Positions 9,629-20,013 are shown, counted from the first letter of the stretch. The stretch is DNA of 64,000 bases from Colwellia polaris (GCA_047617785.1 JBLGBK010000001.1:1-64000), one strand, 5' to 3'. The notes: generated by a model from the sequence alone, not told the origin. Program-made: numbers and translations.

Positions 9629-10423
9629 ATGAAAACCAATACACCTGAAGAAGCCGATCTAATAATTCAGAAGCTTCCAAGCGATATGGGCATACATCGC
9701 AACCCTAGGAAGGGGACGCTCAACGCGCCAGAGAAAATACTGGATGACTATAGTTTCGAAAAAGAAGTTTTCATAGACGAAGTTTTTCCTGACGAATTCT
9801 CACTGGAAGAAACACATGAAAATATCGCAGAGAATACTAAAAACCTTCAGAAATACGGCAAACCAATAATTTCTATCGGCGGCGACCATTCGATAAGTTT
9901 CCCTGTTATCAAAGAACTGAAGAAACAGAATCCAGATATGAAACTAGTTTGGCTGGATGCGCACTTAGACCTAAAGGAGAAAGTAGACAATCACGTTTCA
10001 CACGATGTTGTAGCTCGGGAGCTCCTCGAACATGGTTTTTCCGAAGACGAAATATATTTTGTAGGTATCACAAAGATCGATCACGATGAAGAAGCTTTCC
10101 TAGAAGATCGTAAAATTAATGTTTACGAACCGAAAGAGGTTGAAGAATTCAAACGAGAGTTCGATTCAGACGAACAACCTGTTTATCTGAGTGTTGATAT
10201 CGACGTATTGACAGAGAAAGAGGCTCCCGGTACGGGCTACCCCGATGGAGATCTTAGTGTTGAAGAAGCAAAACAGATTATCGGTTTTATTGAGCCTGAT
10301 TTTGCCGACCTCGTTGAAACAGCGCCCCCCCTAGATAAAAAAGAGAAGACTGTAGAAAACTCACAGAAGATTCTCAACAAACTGGTAAGAAATTTCTCCT
10401 TAAATCCACCAGCCAAAGAATGA
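9629..10423 (+). CDS. Agmatinase/arginase-family ureohydrolase
   Basis: GGDHS, DAHLD, SVDIDVL and APGTG metal-binding motifs. Confidence 0.9.
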   Translation: MKTNTPEEADLIIQKLPSDMGIHRNPRKGTLNAPEKILDDYSFEKEVFIDEVFPDEFSLEETHENIAENTKNLQKYGKPIISIGGDHSISFPVIKELKKQNPDMKLVWLDAHLDLKEKVDNHVSHDVVARELLEHGFSEDEIYFVGITKIDHDEEAFLEDRKINVYEPKEVEEFKREFDSDEQPVYLSVDIDVLTEKEAPGTGYPDGDLSVEEAKQIIGFIEPDFADLVETAPPLDKKEKTVENSQKILNKLVRNFSLNPPAKE

Positions 10424-10487
10424 TCCTTGAAGCGAAACCGAATCTACGCGGGAACCGTTTTTGAATCTTGAAACCTATTTGAGTGTT

Positions 10488-12122
10488 ATGAAGCAGATTA
10501 AAACAGAACTAGCTTCAGAACTTGAGAAAATCCTCGGAACAAAAGTAACAGAGGATGATATCGAGAGACCAAAACCGGAGCACGGAGACTTCGCGTACCC
10601 GGTTATGAAGGCAGCCAGCGAACTAGGAAGTAACCCGCGGCAGCTTGCGGAGGAAGCTTCAGAAGAAATTGACGAAATAGAAATAGTTGAAGCAGTCGAC
10701 GTTGCAGGACCAGGATACCTGAACTTCTACATCGACCGTGAAAGGTTCGCTGAGAAGCTTTTCCAGCTACTCGAAGAAGATAATTTCGGGTTTGAAGATA
10801 AAGATACTAAAGTACTGGTAGAATTCTCCTGTCCAAACCTGGCGAAACCGATGCATATCGGACACGTACGTAATAACTGTATTGGAGACTCTCTACAGCG
10901 AATTCTGCGCTTCACAGGATATAAAGTTACTTCAGAGAACTATATCGGCGATTGGGGTACAAAGCACGGCCAGGTGATCTACGCATACAAGCAATGGGGA
11001 TCCAAGGAAGAGTTTGAAAAGAATCCTATGGAGCACATGTACGAGCTGTATGTCAAGCTTCATGATGAAGCAGATGAGAAAGATAAGGATAAAGCCCGTA
11101 AATGGAGCAAGAAGATTGAAGATAGAGACAACGAGGCTTTAGAGCTCTGGGAGATGTTCCGAGAAGCTACAATCAAACACAACAAGAAAGACTACGAACG
11201 CATGGATATTGAGTTTGACCGATGGACTGGCGAATCTGTAGTAGCAGAAGAAGCAGAAGAAATAATTGAAGAAGGCGTTGAGAAAGACATCTTCAAGGAA
11301 GACAACGATGGAAGCGTATACGTTGACTTTGAAGACGAAAAATATCCAAGCACTATCGTGAAACGTAGCGACGGATCTACACTTTACTTATCGCGCGATG
11401 TAGCTAATATCCGAAAGCGTGAACGCGAAGGATTCGATCATAATCTGTACATTGTAGCAAATGAACAGGATCTGCATTTCCAGCAGCTATTTGAGATCGC
11501 TGAGGAGTTCGGCATCACTCTTCCGAGCGAACACATATCATATGGAATGCTTCACCTAGAAGAGGGTTCAATGAGCAGCAGCAAAGGAAACATAATTACC
11601 TTAGATGAGGTTATCGAAAAAGCAGTTGAGAAAGCTGAGGAAATCGAAGGTCGTGATGTCGGAAACTCTGAAGAGGTTGGTTTAGGCGCTATCAAGTATG
11701 CAAACTTGTCTGTATCTCGTCCAAAGGACATTGAGTTCAACTGGGACGAAGTACTAACTTTCGAAGGTGATTCTGGGCCTTACCTCCAGTATACAAATGT
11801 ACGGGCAAAGAGCATTCTACGTGAATCAGATAAAGAACCTGAAGCAGAAGGAGAGTTCACTGATGCCGAACATCGTCTGGTGCGGAAAATTTCTGAGTTC
11901 CCTGAAAAAGTGGAACTTGCAGCAGAACAACGCGAACCAGCAAAGATTGCCAATTACCTCTCAAATCTATGCGAAGAGTTCAACAGCTTCTACCACGAAT
12001 GCCAAGTTGTCGGGGTTGATGAGGAAGTAGAAAAGCGACGCCTAAAGATCGTAGAGTCATTTATAGAAGTTACAAACACAGGTCTTGATCTTCTAGGCAT
12101 TGAAGATCTAGAAGAGATGTAA
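10488..12122 (+). CDS. argS: Arginine--tRNA ligase
   Basis: PNLAKPMHIGH (HIGH), GDWG, MSSSKG and GPYLQY motifs, plus a DALR domain. Confidence 0.98.
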   Translation: MKQIKTELASELEKILGTKVTEDDIERPKPEHGDFAYPVMKAASELGSNPRQLAEEASEEIDEIEIVEAVDVAGPGYLNFYIDRERFAEKLFQLLEEDNFGFEDKDTKVLVEFSCPNLAKPMHIGHVRNNCIGDSLQRILRFTGYKVTSENYIGDWGTKHGQVIYAYKQWGSKEEFEKNPMEHMYELYVKLHDEADEKDKDKARKWSKKIEDRDNEALELWEMFREATIKHNKKDYERMDIEFDRWTGESVVAEEAEEIIEEGVEKDIFKEDNDGSVYVDFEDEKYPSTIVKRSDGSTLYLSRDVANIRKREREGFDHNLYIVANEQDLHFQQLFEIAEEFGITLPSEHISYGMLHLEEGSMSSSKGNIITLDEVIEKAVEKAEEIEGRDVGNSEEVGLGAIKYANLSVSRPKDIEFNWDEVLTFEGDSGPYLQYTNVRAKSILRESDKEPEAEGEFTDAEHRLVRKISEFPEKVELAAEQREPAKIANYLSNLCEEFNSFYHECQVVGVDEEVEKRRLKIVESFIEVTNTGLDLLGIEDLEEM

Positions 12123-12225
12123 TACCAAGAGTTCGTTCAGAGGCACTCTCCCCATACATCATCTTTCTCTATTTACGATCAAGTGAATCGTATTGATTAA
12201 AAATGTGGATGTCAATATATCGGGT

Positions 12226-12432
12226 ATGGGGGAGGAAGACAATTTCTGGATTATCGAACTTTACGATGATGAAACCGCTAATATCTCTGTAATGAGCAAA
12301 GAGGAGGCTGAAGCTATGAAGAAGATAAATGATGACTTCGAGGAATGGCAGATGGAGCCATGTAGCGAGAAGTCAGAAGATGACATGATAGAAATAGCGG
12401 AAGATCACGGTTACGAACACGATCCGTGGTAG
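12226..12432 (+). CDS. Small acidic hypothetical protein
   Basis: Fills the intergenic gap and has a halophilic amino-acid composition. Confidence 0.6.
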   Translation: MGEEDNFWIIELYDDETANISVMSKEEAEAMKKINDDFEEWQMEPCSEKSEDDMIEIAEDHGYEHDPW

Positions 12433-12536
12433 TTAGCCTAAATTCTCATATACCACCTTCAAACTTTTGCGGATAGATGACAAAGACAAGGATGAGGGCG
12501 ACCGTAAATAATTATTTTTGAAAGAAAAATTGCGAG

Positions 12537-12610
12537 TGGCCGAACCCGGATTTGAACCGGGGACAACTTGATCTTCAGTCAAGCGCTCTCCCAGGCTGAG
12601 CTATTCGGCC
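12537..12610 (-). tRNA. tRNA-Phe (GAA)
   Basis: Reverse complement GGCCGAATAGCTCAG...CTTGA-CTGAAGA-TCAAG...GGTTCAAATCC...TTCGGCCA. Confidence 0.96.
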
Positions 12611-12702
12611 TTTGTATAACCATTCTTTGAAAGGTGAGTTTTAAGAAATAAAACCATCATTTCTGCAGAACCATAAAAAATTTGCTTAACAACCATTTTT
12701 CT

Positions 12703-13713
12703 ATGACCGAGGAAAATCCAGCCTCCGACACCAAAGAACATGTAATTCCCGGAACTCAGAAGAAATTCACTGGAGAAGACGTGGAAGGATATGACTTCCG
12801 CGGCGAATTCGACATGACTGAGATGCTGGAAAAATACAGTACAACAGGTTTTCAGGCAACACACTTGAAGGAGGCTATCGATCTCGTAAAAGAGATGCGA
12901 GACGAAGATGCGAAAATATTCCTGACCTTTACTTCAAACATAATTTCTTCAGGTCTAAGAGAGGTGGTCGCATATCTAGCTCGGCAAGACTACGTTGATG
13001 TAATGATTACTTCTGCCGGATCCCATACCGAGGATGTTATCAAGACTAACGACGATTTCAAGATGGGAGAATGGGAAGCTGACGAAGCTGAACTTCGAGA
13101 GAATGGAATCAATCGGCTCGGAAATATCTATGTAGAGTCAGATCACTATGTCTGGCTAGAAAGCTGGTTGAACGAAGATTTCTTCGACGACTTCTTCGCA
13201 GACGAAAAGATTAGAACGCCAAGCGACCTTGCTTACGAACTTGGAGAAGCAGTAGGCGAAGATGAAAATCTTGATGAGTCAGATTCCTTCGTCTATCATG
13301 CTTCGGATAATGACATCAGTATTTACTGTCCTGCGATGATTGATGCAGAGATCGGCGATTTCATGTTCTACTATCGACAAGAGCAGGATGAAGATATCGG
13401 GATTGAGATCCTTGACGACTGGGACAGTCTAATCAACGAGGCGATCGAAGCTGAGAAGACTGGCATCATAGCAGTCGGGGACGGCGTACCTAAGCACCAA
13501 GCAATCATGTCAAACCTTTTCAGAGGCGGCACCGATTACGCTGTATACATTTCTACAGGCATGGAAGGAGACGGAAGCCTATCTGGAGCACCCCCAAAAG
13601 AAGCGGTTTCATGGGGGAAGATTAAGGAGAACACAAAGAACTACACTCAGATAGAAGCAGAGGCCACACTTGTCTTCCCGCTTCTAGTTGCTGAGGCATT
13701 CAAAAAATACTGA
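12703..13713 (+). CDS. dys: Deoxyhypusine synthase
   Basis: TGFQAT, TSNIISSGLR, INRLGN, DGSLSGA and EAVSWGK (catalytic Lys) motifs. Confidence 0.97.
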   Translation: MTEENPASDTKEHVIPGTQKKFTGEDVEGYDFRGEFDMTEMLEKYSTTGFQATHLKEAIDLVKEMRDEDAKIFLTFTSNIISSGLREVVAYLARQDYVDVMITSAGSHTEDVIKTNDDFKMGEWEADEAELRENGINRLGNIYVESDHYVWLESWLNEDFFDDFFADEKIRTPSDLAYELGEAVGEDENLDESDSFVYHASDNDISIYCPAMIDAEIGDFMFYYRQEQDEDIGIEILDDWDSLINEAIEAEKTGIIAVGDGVPKHQAIMSNLFRGGTDYAVYISTGMEGDGSLSGAPPKEAVSWGKIKENTKNYTQIEAEATLVFPLLVAEAFKKY

Positions 13714-13869
13714 TTTAGATGATTTACCGAAGAATCCTGTAAGACAGGGCCGATTGAAGAGAGGAGCTTATGCATATTATGCCAGAGCCTCTCAACACAT
13801 AAGTATAGATATTAGCAACTCTGATATCGAGATATGCTGGCAAAAACCATTGTAAAGAAGTTAAGCATC

Positions 13870-14373
13870 TCACTCTCCGTAATATTCGCTAACAGCAGCA
13901 GCTAGTTTGGCGTTATGAGAGTCATCTACCGGCTTTCCACTATCTATTTTCTGCATCATCTCAATGGTTTCCGCAAATATTGTTACAGGATTATTAATTG
14001 CTTCTTCGGGCTCATTACTGTAGTAGTGTCTTATTCTATCCGCATTAAGCAGTTCCTCTCGGTTATGGTCTTTTCCAAGATATTCTAGATATTTTTTAAA
14101 GTTTTCTGGCTTGGCCCATTTATCATGACTTGATAGAAAGGTCTTAATCTCTGTTTGGAAGGCTTGAGAATCTAACTTAGCTTTATATCCTTCGCCCTCA
14201 TGTTTCATTATTCTTACTTGTGTTAACCTCTCCAATTCTGCTTTGACTGTTGGACTCAGAACTTTTTCTGGCTCCTTCATATTCCAGTTTTCAGCTACTT
14301 CTTCCTGTGTCTTCGGATAGACGAATGATGAAATGTATACCAAGTTCGCCCAATTACCTTCTCTAAACTCCAC
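13870..14373 (-). CDS. Hypothetical protein (possible winged-helix N-terminus)
   Basis: 167-aa ORF with no recognised family. Confidence 0.55.
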   Translation of the reverse strand: MEFREGNWANLVYISSFVYPKTQEEVAENWNMKEPEKVLSPTVKAELERLTQVRIMKHEGEGYKAKLDSQAFQTEIKTFLSSHDKWAKPENFKKYLEYLGKDHNREELLNADRIRHYYSNEPEEAINNPVTIFAETIEMMQKIDSGKPVDDSHNAKLAAAVSEYYGE

Positions 14374-14441
14374 TGTTTGACTTCACTTCCTCTTAATTTC
14401 TATATAACCTGTAGAAGTTAAAATATTCTGGCAGACATTGA

Positions 14442-14741
14442 TTAATCTTTATCCGAGTCAAGTATCCTTGAGATAAATATTTTCAGATAATCAGTGCCGC
14501 CTGCCGCTTCTATAAATTCTTCTGACACCTTATCCGATTCAAGAAAGTTTTGAACAATTTCCTGCCCGGTTCTCCCCGCATCTCTATTCTCGGAGTAATT
14601 ATGCTTAAATGAGGCAAGCTCATCCCCTGAATCATAGACCTTAATTTCTTCCTCTTGATTTACCAGCCGGAAACTACCCTTCTCCATATCCTTATCAAAC
14701 TTGAAGCCGTTTTCTGTCCTCTCATAGTAGCTATTAATCAT
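14442..14741 (-). CDS. Hypothetical protein
   Basis: 99-aa acidic ORF, co-oriented with its neighbours. Confidence 0.55.
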   Translation of the reverse strand: MINSYYERTENGFKFDKDMEKGSFRLVNQEEEIKVYDSGDELASFKHNYSENRDAGRTGQEIVQNFLESDKVSEEFIEAAGGTDYLKIFISRILDSDKD

Positions 14742-14777
14742 AGGAAAAAATTCTAAAAAGAGGTTTTTCAGTTAATT

Positions 14778-15146
14778 TTAAAGCCTTTTAGCCATCTCTT
14801 CAGTCAATTCTGAGATAGAAGAGTGAAGATCTATAGTTTCTAGATCCTTAAGATCTATCCATTCTCCTTGTTGGGGCTCCCCTTCAATAGTAACTTTGTA
14901 AGGCTGCATAGTAACTTCATCACCCTCTTTTTCAAAGCTAGTCTTTAGCTTCTTCTTATATCGTTCGACTTCACAACCGCATCCCGTGACTTCAGAGGTT
15001 ATGCGTTCAGCTACATCCGCTGAAAGCTCTCCTTGTTCACCATGACCCATAGGAACACGGTAATGTTCCTGACTTTCGTTTTTGAGAAGCAGTATCTTTT
15101 GATTGCGTACAATTAAACTTCCAGAAACCTCTTTAAGCATAAACAT
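14778..15146 (-). CDS. NUDIX-fold protein with degenerate Nudix box
   Basis: LIVRNQKILLLK...VPMGHGEQGELSADVAERITSEVTG follows the Gx5Ex7REUxEExG spacing but has lost key glutamates. Confidence 0.7.
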   Translation of the reverse strand: MFMLKEVSGSLIVRNQKILLLKNESQEHYRVPMGHGEQGELSADVAERITSEVTGCGCEVERYKKKLKTSFEKEGDEVTMQPYKVTIEGEPQQGEWIDLKDLETIDLHSSISELTEEMAKRL

Positions 15147-15198
15147 TAATTATCGAGCTTCGTTTATAATGGCATACCTAAATAATAGGATAAATCTG

Positions 15199-15555
15199 TC
15201 AATAACCAAATGCATCACTATCTTCCGCATACTTGCCAGATTCATTATAGAAGCTGGCATTTACTTGTAGACTTTCCCCCGTATAGTCGGATAGCCCTTG
15301 GCAAGGTATTACACTAGCTGCTCCTTGGACTCTTGCCTCTCCTGTACAAACAGACTGATTCCTAAATGAGACCTCAACCTCTGCACTACACTGACTATCA
15401 AATGTTCCAATAGGGACTCCTGGAACACCAAAACCTTCTATATCTCCCTGACATTCAACAGCAACACCTGCCGGTTTATACATTACAATTGCTAATCCGG
15501 CGAAAATCACAATCAAAGTAAGGATAAAAATAGCAGGTCCCAAAAGCCCTCTCAT
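15199..15555 (-). CDS. Orphan pilin-like protein (class III signal peptide)
   Basis: MRG|LLGPAIFILTLIVIF hydrophobic helix followed by a 4-Cys beta domain. Confidence 0.55.
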   Translation of the reverse strand: MRGLLGPAIFILTLIVIFAGLAIVMYKPAGVAVECQGDIEGFGVPGVPIGTFDSQCSAEVEVSFRNQSVCTGEARVQGAASVIPCQGLSDYTGESLQVNASFYNESGKYAEDSDAFGY

Positions 15556-15615
15556 ATATCATAGATTTAGAATATCTCAAATAAATAGATTAAAACTTGG
15601 AAAGAAAAGGTTCAG

Positions 15616-15741
15616 CGCCCAACCCAGGATTCGAACCTGGGACCACCACGTTACTGTCTAATTGCCATTTACGGCTTCAAACAACTTCCAAAGGAAGTCG
15701 TGGTTAACAGCGTGGCGCTCTACCTACTGAGCTAGTTGGGC
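15616..15741 (-). tRNA. tRNA-Asn (GTT) with a 53-nt intron at position 37/38 (15652-15704)
   Basis: GCCCAAC/GTTGGGC acceptor stem and CCACG-CTGTTA[intron]A-CGTGG anticodon arm. The CUGU/ACAG central helix carries two UAA bulges. The spliced product is 73 nt. Confidence 0.93.
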
Positions 15742-15912
15742 TTTGTACATCCGAATTATACCTGAATTCTTATAAACAATTGGCGGCTTCTATAGTCTGT
15801 AATCCTCTGCATAATTGACGCCCTATAAAGGAAATAATACAATATGACCGAGCGATTTCAACCTATTAGCAGCTTCAAGCTCGGCCATATCTCCTAAGAT
15901 CCTTAGAACGTA

Positions 15913-17043
15913 TCAGTCTAAGAATTCTTCATTCTCGATCTTCCTTGGCAGATATTCGTTCGCTACAAACTCTAGGCTGTTAGCTGCCAGCGCCTGCTGT
16001 TCAACTCTTACGCCTTTGTCAAGCATTAGCTGTAGCTGTTTTTGCCATTGTTCATTCTTCATCCATTCGTAGTCTTTGACGTCGTGGATTCGTTTGTAGT
16101 CCTTTGTTGGTCCTCCTCCATCTTTTGGCTTTCCTTTCAGATCTTCTGTTACGTGTTCAAGCCCATATTCCTGAATATCTTCCATTGTCATACCGATGAG
16201 TTTTGCGTCCGGTGTTGCTAGTCTATCGGACTGGAAGGCTAGGCTCATTGATCCTGATTTGAGGACTGAGTAGATGTAGTATCCCCAGGGGTCGCCGTCA
16301 GTGAAGACGTAGACCGGTAGGTCGAGTTCGTTGTGCATCATGTTAATGAGCCTTCTTGCTCCACGCGCTGGTTGTCCTCCTGTACCTATTAGGATTGCGT
16401 TCTGTTCTTCGTGGAAGTCTTCTTCAACCAGTCGGTTAACCATAGCACTGGTCTCGACTACGAGGATGAAGTCTGCATCGTGTTCCTCAAACTCTAGGTG
16501 GTCGACGATAGAGGGTATTGCCATTCCAGCACTTCCCATGCTCATTCCATCGATTACGTCTCCAGAATCATTGATCTTGATTGGTCCAAATAGTCGTCCC
16601 TTTGGTTCTGCGAATAAGTGTAAATCTTCTCGGATCGCTCCTGTCGCGGTCTCGATATCTACTACAACGTTGTTGGATTCATCCTGATCTTCGAAAGTGT
16701 TCTCATCAAGTCCTGGTACGCTGTGTTTTAGCTGGTAGTATACTTCTCGGATTGATGCTGTTCTTCCGTTATTTACCAGTTCTTTCGCCTTGTTTGCAAC
16801 CAGAGTGGTTTGCATGAATTTTCTAGCATGGCTAATGTTCAGGAACTTTCTTGTAGAGTAGCTGTCTCCAAGCGAAAGTCTTCCTTCCTCTTCATCGTAT
16901 TCAACGTTGGATTTAGATCTTACCTGAGTATCAATTGTCAGGTTGTCGCTGTCTTCATTTTCTAGTTGTTTTCTAAGTTTTCTTCCTAGACGGGTTAACC
17001 TGTCTACAGTGGATTCGTCATTTGCTAAGTCTTTCTTTGGCAT
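15913..17043 (-). CDS. top6A: DNA topoisomerase VI subunit A
   Basis: REVYY (catalytic Tyr), FEDQDES, VVE and FTDGDPWG toprim motifs. Confidence 0.97.
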   Translation of the reverse strand: MPKKDLANDESTVDRLTRLGRKLRKQLENEDSDNLTIDTQVRSKSNVEYDEEEGRLSLGDSYSTRKFLNISHARKFMQTTLVANKAKELVNNGRTASIREVYYQLKHSVPGLDENTFEDQDESNNVVVDIETATGAIREDLHLFAEPKGRLFGPIKINDSGDVIDGMSMGSAGMAIPSIVDHLEFEEHDADFILVVETSAMVNRLVEEDFHEEQNAILIGTGGQPARGARRLINMMHNELDLPVYVFTDGDPWGYYIYSVLKSGSMSLAFQSDRLATPDAKLIGMTMEDIQEYGLEHVTEDLKGKPKDGGGPTKDYKRIHDVKDYEWMKNEQWQKQLQLMLDKGVRVEQQALAANSLEFVANEYLPRKIENEEFLD

Positions 17044-17055
17044 ATTAATTCACCT

Positions 17056-18651
17056 CTAAAGTTGTTCTGGGTTGTAGTCGCGTTCGACCATCGCCTGAAT
17101 CTGTTTTTCAATTTCTTCTGGATCTCCTTCGCCGGCTAGCTGTGCGATAGCTGGACCCATCTCTTTTGCGTAGCTTGTAAGCTTTCTCTTCTTCTTTTCC
17201 TGAATTTCTCTTCTTTCTTTTCTCTTGAGATACTTTCCAAGCTTTCTTCCTGCCTCCTGAAGCGCTAGCTTCATTTCTTTCCGGATTGGATCGTAGTTTG
17301 CTACGGCCTCCTTTCCTTCCGATGTGAAAGGCACCCATACGGATGCGATGTGGATTGAGATATAAAGCGGTCCTTGTGGCCGACCTCCTGACTGGCTTAT
17401 ATTGTATCGGCTCCAGTCAACGCTTTCTACAGCTTTTGTGGTTACACAGCTACTTTTCTTGTATAGTAGCGGTACTTTGTTTGCGTAACGGAGTTCGTTG
17501 TAGCTTCCTTCATCTTCAATGTCTCCTCCCCACGCAAGTCCTACTTCTACCTGGAAAGGATTACCCTGGTAAACTTTCGGTTTACGGGTGACTGCTTCCG
17601 TGAACTCTGGATTAAGCTCTTTCTTCAGTCCTTTCAGCATTAGATCTTCTCCAACAGGCGATAGACAGTCAGTTGGAGGGCTCTGAAGGTCAACTCGCTG
17701 TGCGGCTTTCAGTATTTGCTCTACTTCATCTTTGTCGAGCGTGTTTGGCCTTCGACCATCTTCTATATCTGCTTCTTCGCAGATTGCCTCTGCACTGGTT
17801 CTTCCTACGCGTGTAAACTCGTTCTGTAGAAAGCTGGAGATTGTGCGTGCCGAGCTGTTGTCGATCATTCTCAGCATCACTCCCAGTTCGACTCCATGAG
17901 GGTGCGGTTTGATTTCCTTAGGCTTCTCTGGTAACTGCTTTGAGACACGCGGATACTCTATCTTGTTTCCGTCTGGCTCTCTAAGAACAACTCTTGCGTA
18001 CGGATTCATGATTGCTGTGTGCTTCAGGTAGTTGCGTACGCTGTGATGACCATGTGTGTACTTGGCCTCAATATTCATCTCGATTGTGGTTCCGTGATCA
18101 AAGTAATAGTCTTTGTCGCCCGGGAACTGATCGCTTTCTGGATCAACTACTTCATCTTCCATGATTTCTGGTTCATTAGTTTCCGTATCAATGCGGACTA
18201 CGAACTTGTGGCATGGTTCGCCTTCCTGTTTTGAGTATATTGTTACTGGTTCTCCCGTTGTCAGCTGTGCGTACATAGCCGATGCGGAGATTCCGATTCC
18301 CTGCTGTCCACGGCTCTGCTGTAGCTTATGGAACTTGGATCCGTAAAGTAGCTTTCCAAAGACTTTTGGTATTGTTTCACGGTCAAGTCCGATTGCGTTA
18401 TCTCGAATCTCGACACGACATTTCTTATCATCATATTCGTCGACTAGAACATGTACTTCTGGCAGTATGTCGTCTTCCTCGCATGCGTCCAGCGAGTTAT
18501 CTACTGCTTCTTTTACTACTGTTATTATGGATTTTTGTGCATTTTCGAATCCAAGCAGGTGCTTGTTCTTCTCGAAGAATTCTGCTACCGATATTTCGCG
18601 ATGGTCAGATTCTTCTGGCATTTCTTCTTCAATTCCGTTTCCGTTTGGCAT
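17056..18651 (-). CDS. top6B: DNA topoisomerase VI subunit B
   Basis: EAVDNSLDA, FGKLLYGSKF, SRGQQGIG (GHKL ATPase) and VPFTSEGKE. Confidence 0.98.
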   Translation of the reverse strand: MPNGNGIEEEMPEESDHREISVAEFFEKNKHLLGFENAQKSIITVVKEAVDNSLDACEEDDILPEVHVLVDEYDDKKCRVEIRDNAIGLDRETIPKVFGKLLYGSKFHKLQQSRGQQGIGISASAMYAQLTTGEPVTIYSKQEGEPCHKFVVRIDTETNEPEIMEDEVVDPESDQFPGDKDYYFDHGTTIEMNIEAKYTHGHHSVRNYLKHTAIMNPYARVVLREPDGNKIEYPRVSKQLPEKPKEIKPHPHGVELGVMLRMIDNSSARTISSFLQNEFTRVGRTSAEAICEEADIEDGRRPNTLDKDEVEQILKAAQRVDLQSPPTDCLSPVGEDLMLKGLKKELNPEFTEAVTRKPKVYQGNPFQVEVGLAWGGDIEDEGSYNELRYANKVPLLYKKSSCVTTKAVESVDWSRYNISQSGGRPQGPLYISIHIASVWVPFTSEGKEAVANYDPIRKEMKLALQEAGRKLGKYLKRKERREIQEKKKRKLTSYAKEMGPAIAQLAGEGDPEEIEKQIQAMVERDYNPEQL

Positions 18652-18680
18652 TGTATCTCCTCAAAAAATTGGTTTGTACT

Positions 18681-19184
18681 CTACTTTTTGATTTTATCTT
18701 GGTTCTTTTCAAGGTAGTTGTAAGCTGTGGAATGACTGCTACCCTTTAAAAGGATGTTAATAGCTTCGACAGCCACTTCTATGTTCTGTGCATGTCCTAT
18801 GACTCCAATAGTCTTTCCGTAGACTGAAATCTGTGTTTCAGTCATTTTCTCGACATGTCTACGCGCTTCGCCGTCTCTTCCGATCACACGACCTTTAAGT
18901 CGTTCAAGATCGTTGTTTGTATCAGCGAAACGATTGATATCTATTAGATGGAGGACATGCTGTTCTTGAACCAGGTCTAAGGCTTTTTTCGGATTGAATC
19001 CTCGTCCTATCGCCTTGATTACCTGTTCCGCAGTCATCTCATCCAGAGGTTCACCTTCTATCTTGACCGTGTTACCTTCAAGGCTGATATCGCAGTCGGT
19101 CATGTCTTGAAGCTCTTCCTTGGTCTCTCCCTGGCTTCCGATTACTACGCCGACGCGTTCCTCTGGTATCCTTACCTGTTTCAT
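18681..19184 (-). CDS. KH-domain rRNA-processing protein Dim2/PNO1
   Basis: Two KH motifs (VIGSQG, RVIGRDG) and AIGRGF. Conserved neighbour of RIO1. Confidence 0.93.
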   Translation of the reverse strand: MKQVRIPEERVGVVIGSQGETKEELQDMTDCDISLEGNTVKIEGEPLDEMTAEQVIKAIGRGFNPKKALDLVQEQHVLHLIDINRFADTNNDLERLKGRVIGRDGEARRHVEKMTETQISVYGKTIGVIGHAQNIEVAVEAINILLKGSSHSTAYNYLEKNQDKIKK

Positions 19185-19245
19185 TAAACTGTATAATTGG
19201 ATTCTCTGCCAATCTTTTTATACCTTGGAAGAGGTTGAAAACCCG

Positions 19246-20013
19246 TTATTCCTGCTGTAGAACCGTTTGAAACGCTTCTTCTTCATCTATCTGCGCTCCC
19301 TGTCGACGGAAAAAGTTGGCGACATTTTCGATATCTCGCCTGAGTAATTCCTCTGCTTCTGGGTGCGTATTATGTACTCCTTGCGAAAAATCGATCCATA
19401 CGAGTTCGGATTCATCAGTCACCAGAACATTATATTCCGATAGATCACCATGGACCAATTTTTCCTCACGCCAAAGCGATTCTATGCTGTTAAGAACTAC
19501 TTCAAACGCTTTTTCAGGATTATCGATCGCTACATCTTTCAATTTAGGGAATGGAGAGAATCCTCGCCCGATAAATTCCATGACTAAGATATTTTCTTCA
19601 AAAGCTATCGGTTTCGGGCATTTGAGAATATTAGATGCTTTTTTCAGATTCTTGAACTCTTTCTTACACCATTCGTTGATTACAGATCTTCTATCATCCT
19701 TGAAGTTTCTGAAGCGTTTATCCCCACGCAGATAGTTTTTCATGTTGCGGAAGCTACCCGCCTGCGTCATGTAGATCTTTACCAGAACTCTTTCCTCGTT
19801 GTAGGTGTCAGCTAGAAATACCACCGATTCTTTTCCCGACTCAATTGTCCCATACATCTTCTTGATAACTTCCCTCTGTTTCAGTTCGAGAAGTGCATCC
19901 ATTGTCTGGTCATCCAAGACATTTTCAATTGCCTTACGTGCTTCAGACGTATCGAACATTCTCCGGCTTTCTTCTCGCCATCTTTCATCGAAGTCACGCG
20001 GGTCCTTGTTCAT
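19246..20013 (-). CDS. rio1: RIO1 atypical Ser/Thr kinase
   Basis: SGKESVV, VKIY, LVHGDLSEYN and IDFSQ motifs. Confidence 0.96.
   Translation of the reverse strand: MNKDPRDFDERWREESRRMFDTSEARKAIENVLDDQTMDALLELKQREVIKKMYGTIESGKESVVFLADTYNEERVLVKIYMTQAGSFRNMKNYLRGDKRFRNFKDDRRSVINEWCKKEFKNLKKASNILKCPKPIAFEENILVMEFIGRGFSPFPKLKDVAIDNPEKAFEVVLNSIESLWREEKLVHGDLSEYNVLVTDESELVWIDFSQGVHNTHPEAEELLRRDIENVANFFRRQGAQIDEEEAFQTVLQQE

Noticed and set aside
9445-9648. 67-aa ORF
   Set aside because: It overlaps tRNA-Leu entirely and is a shadow ORF.
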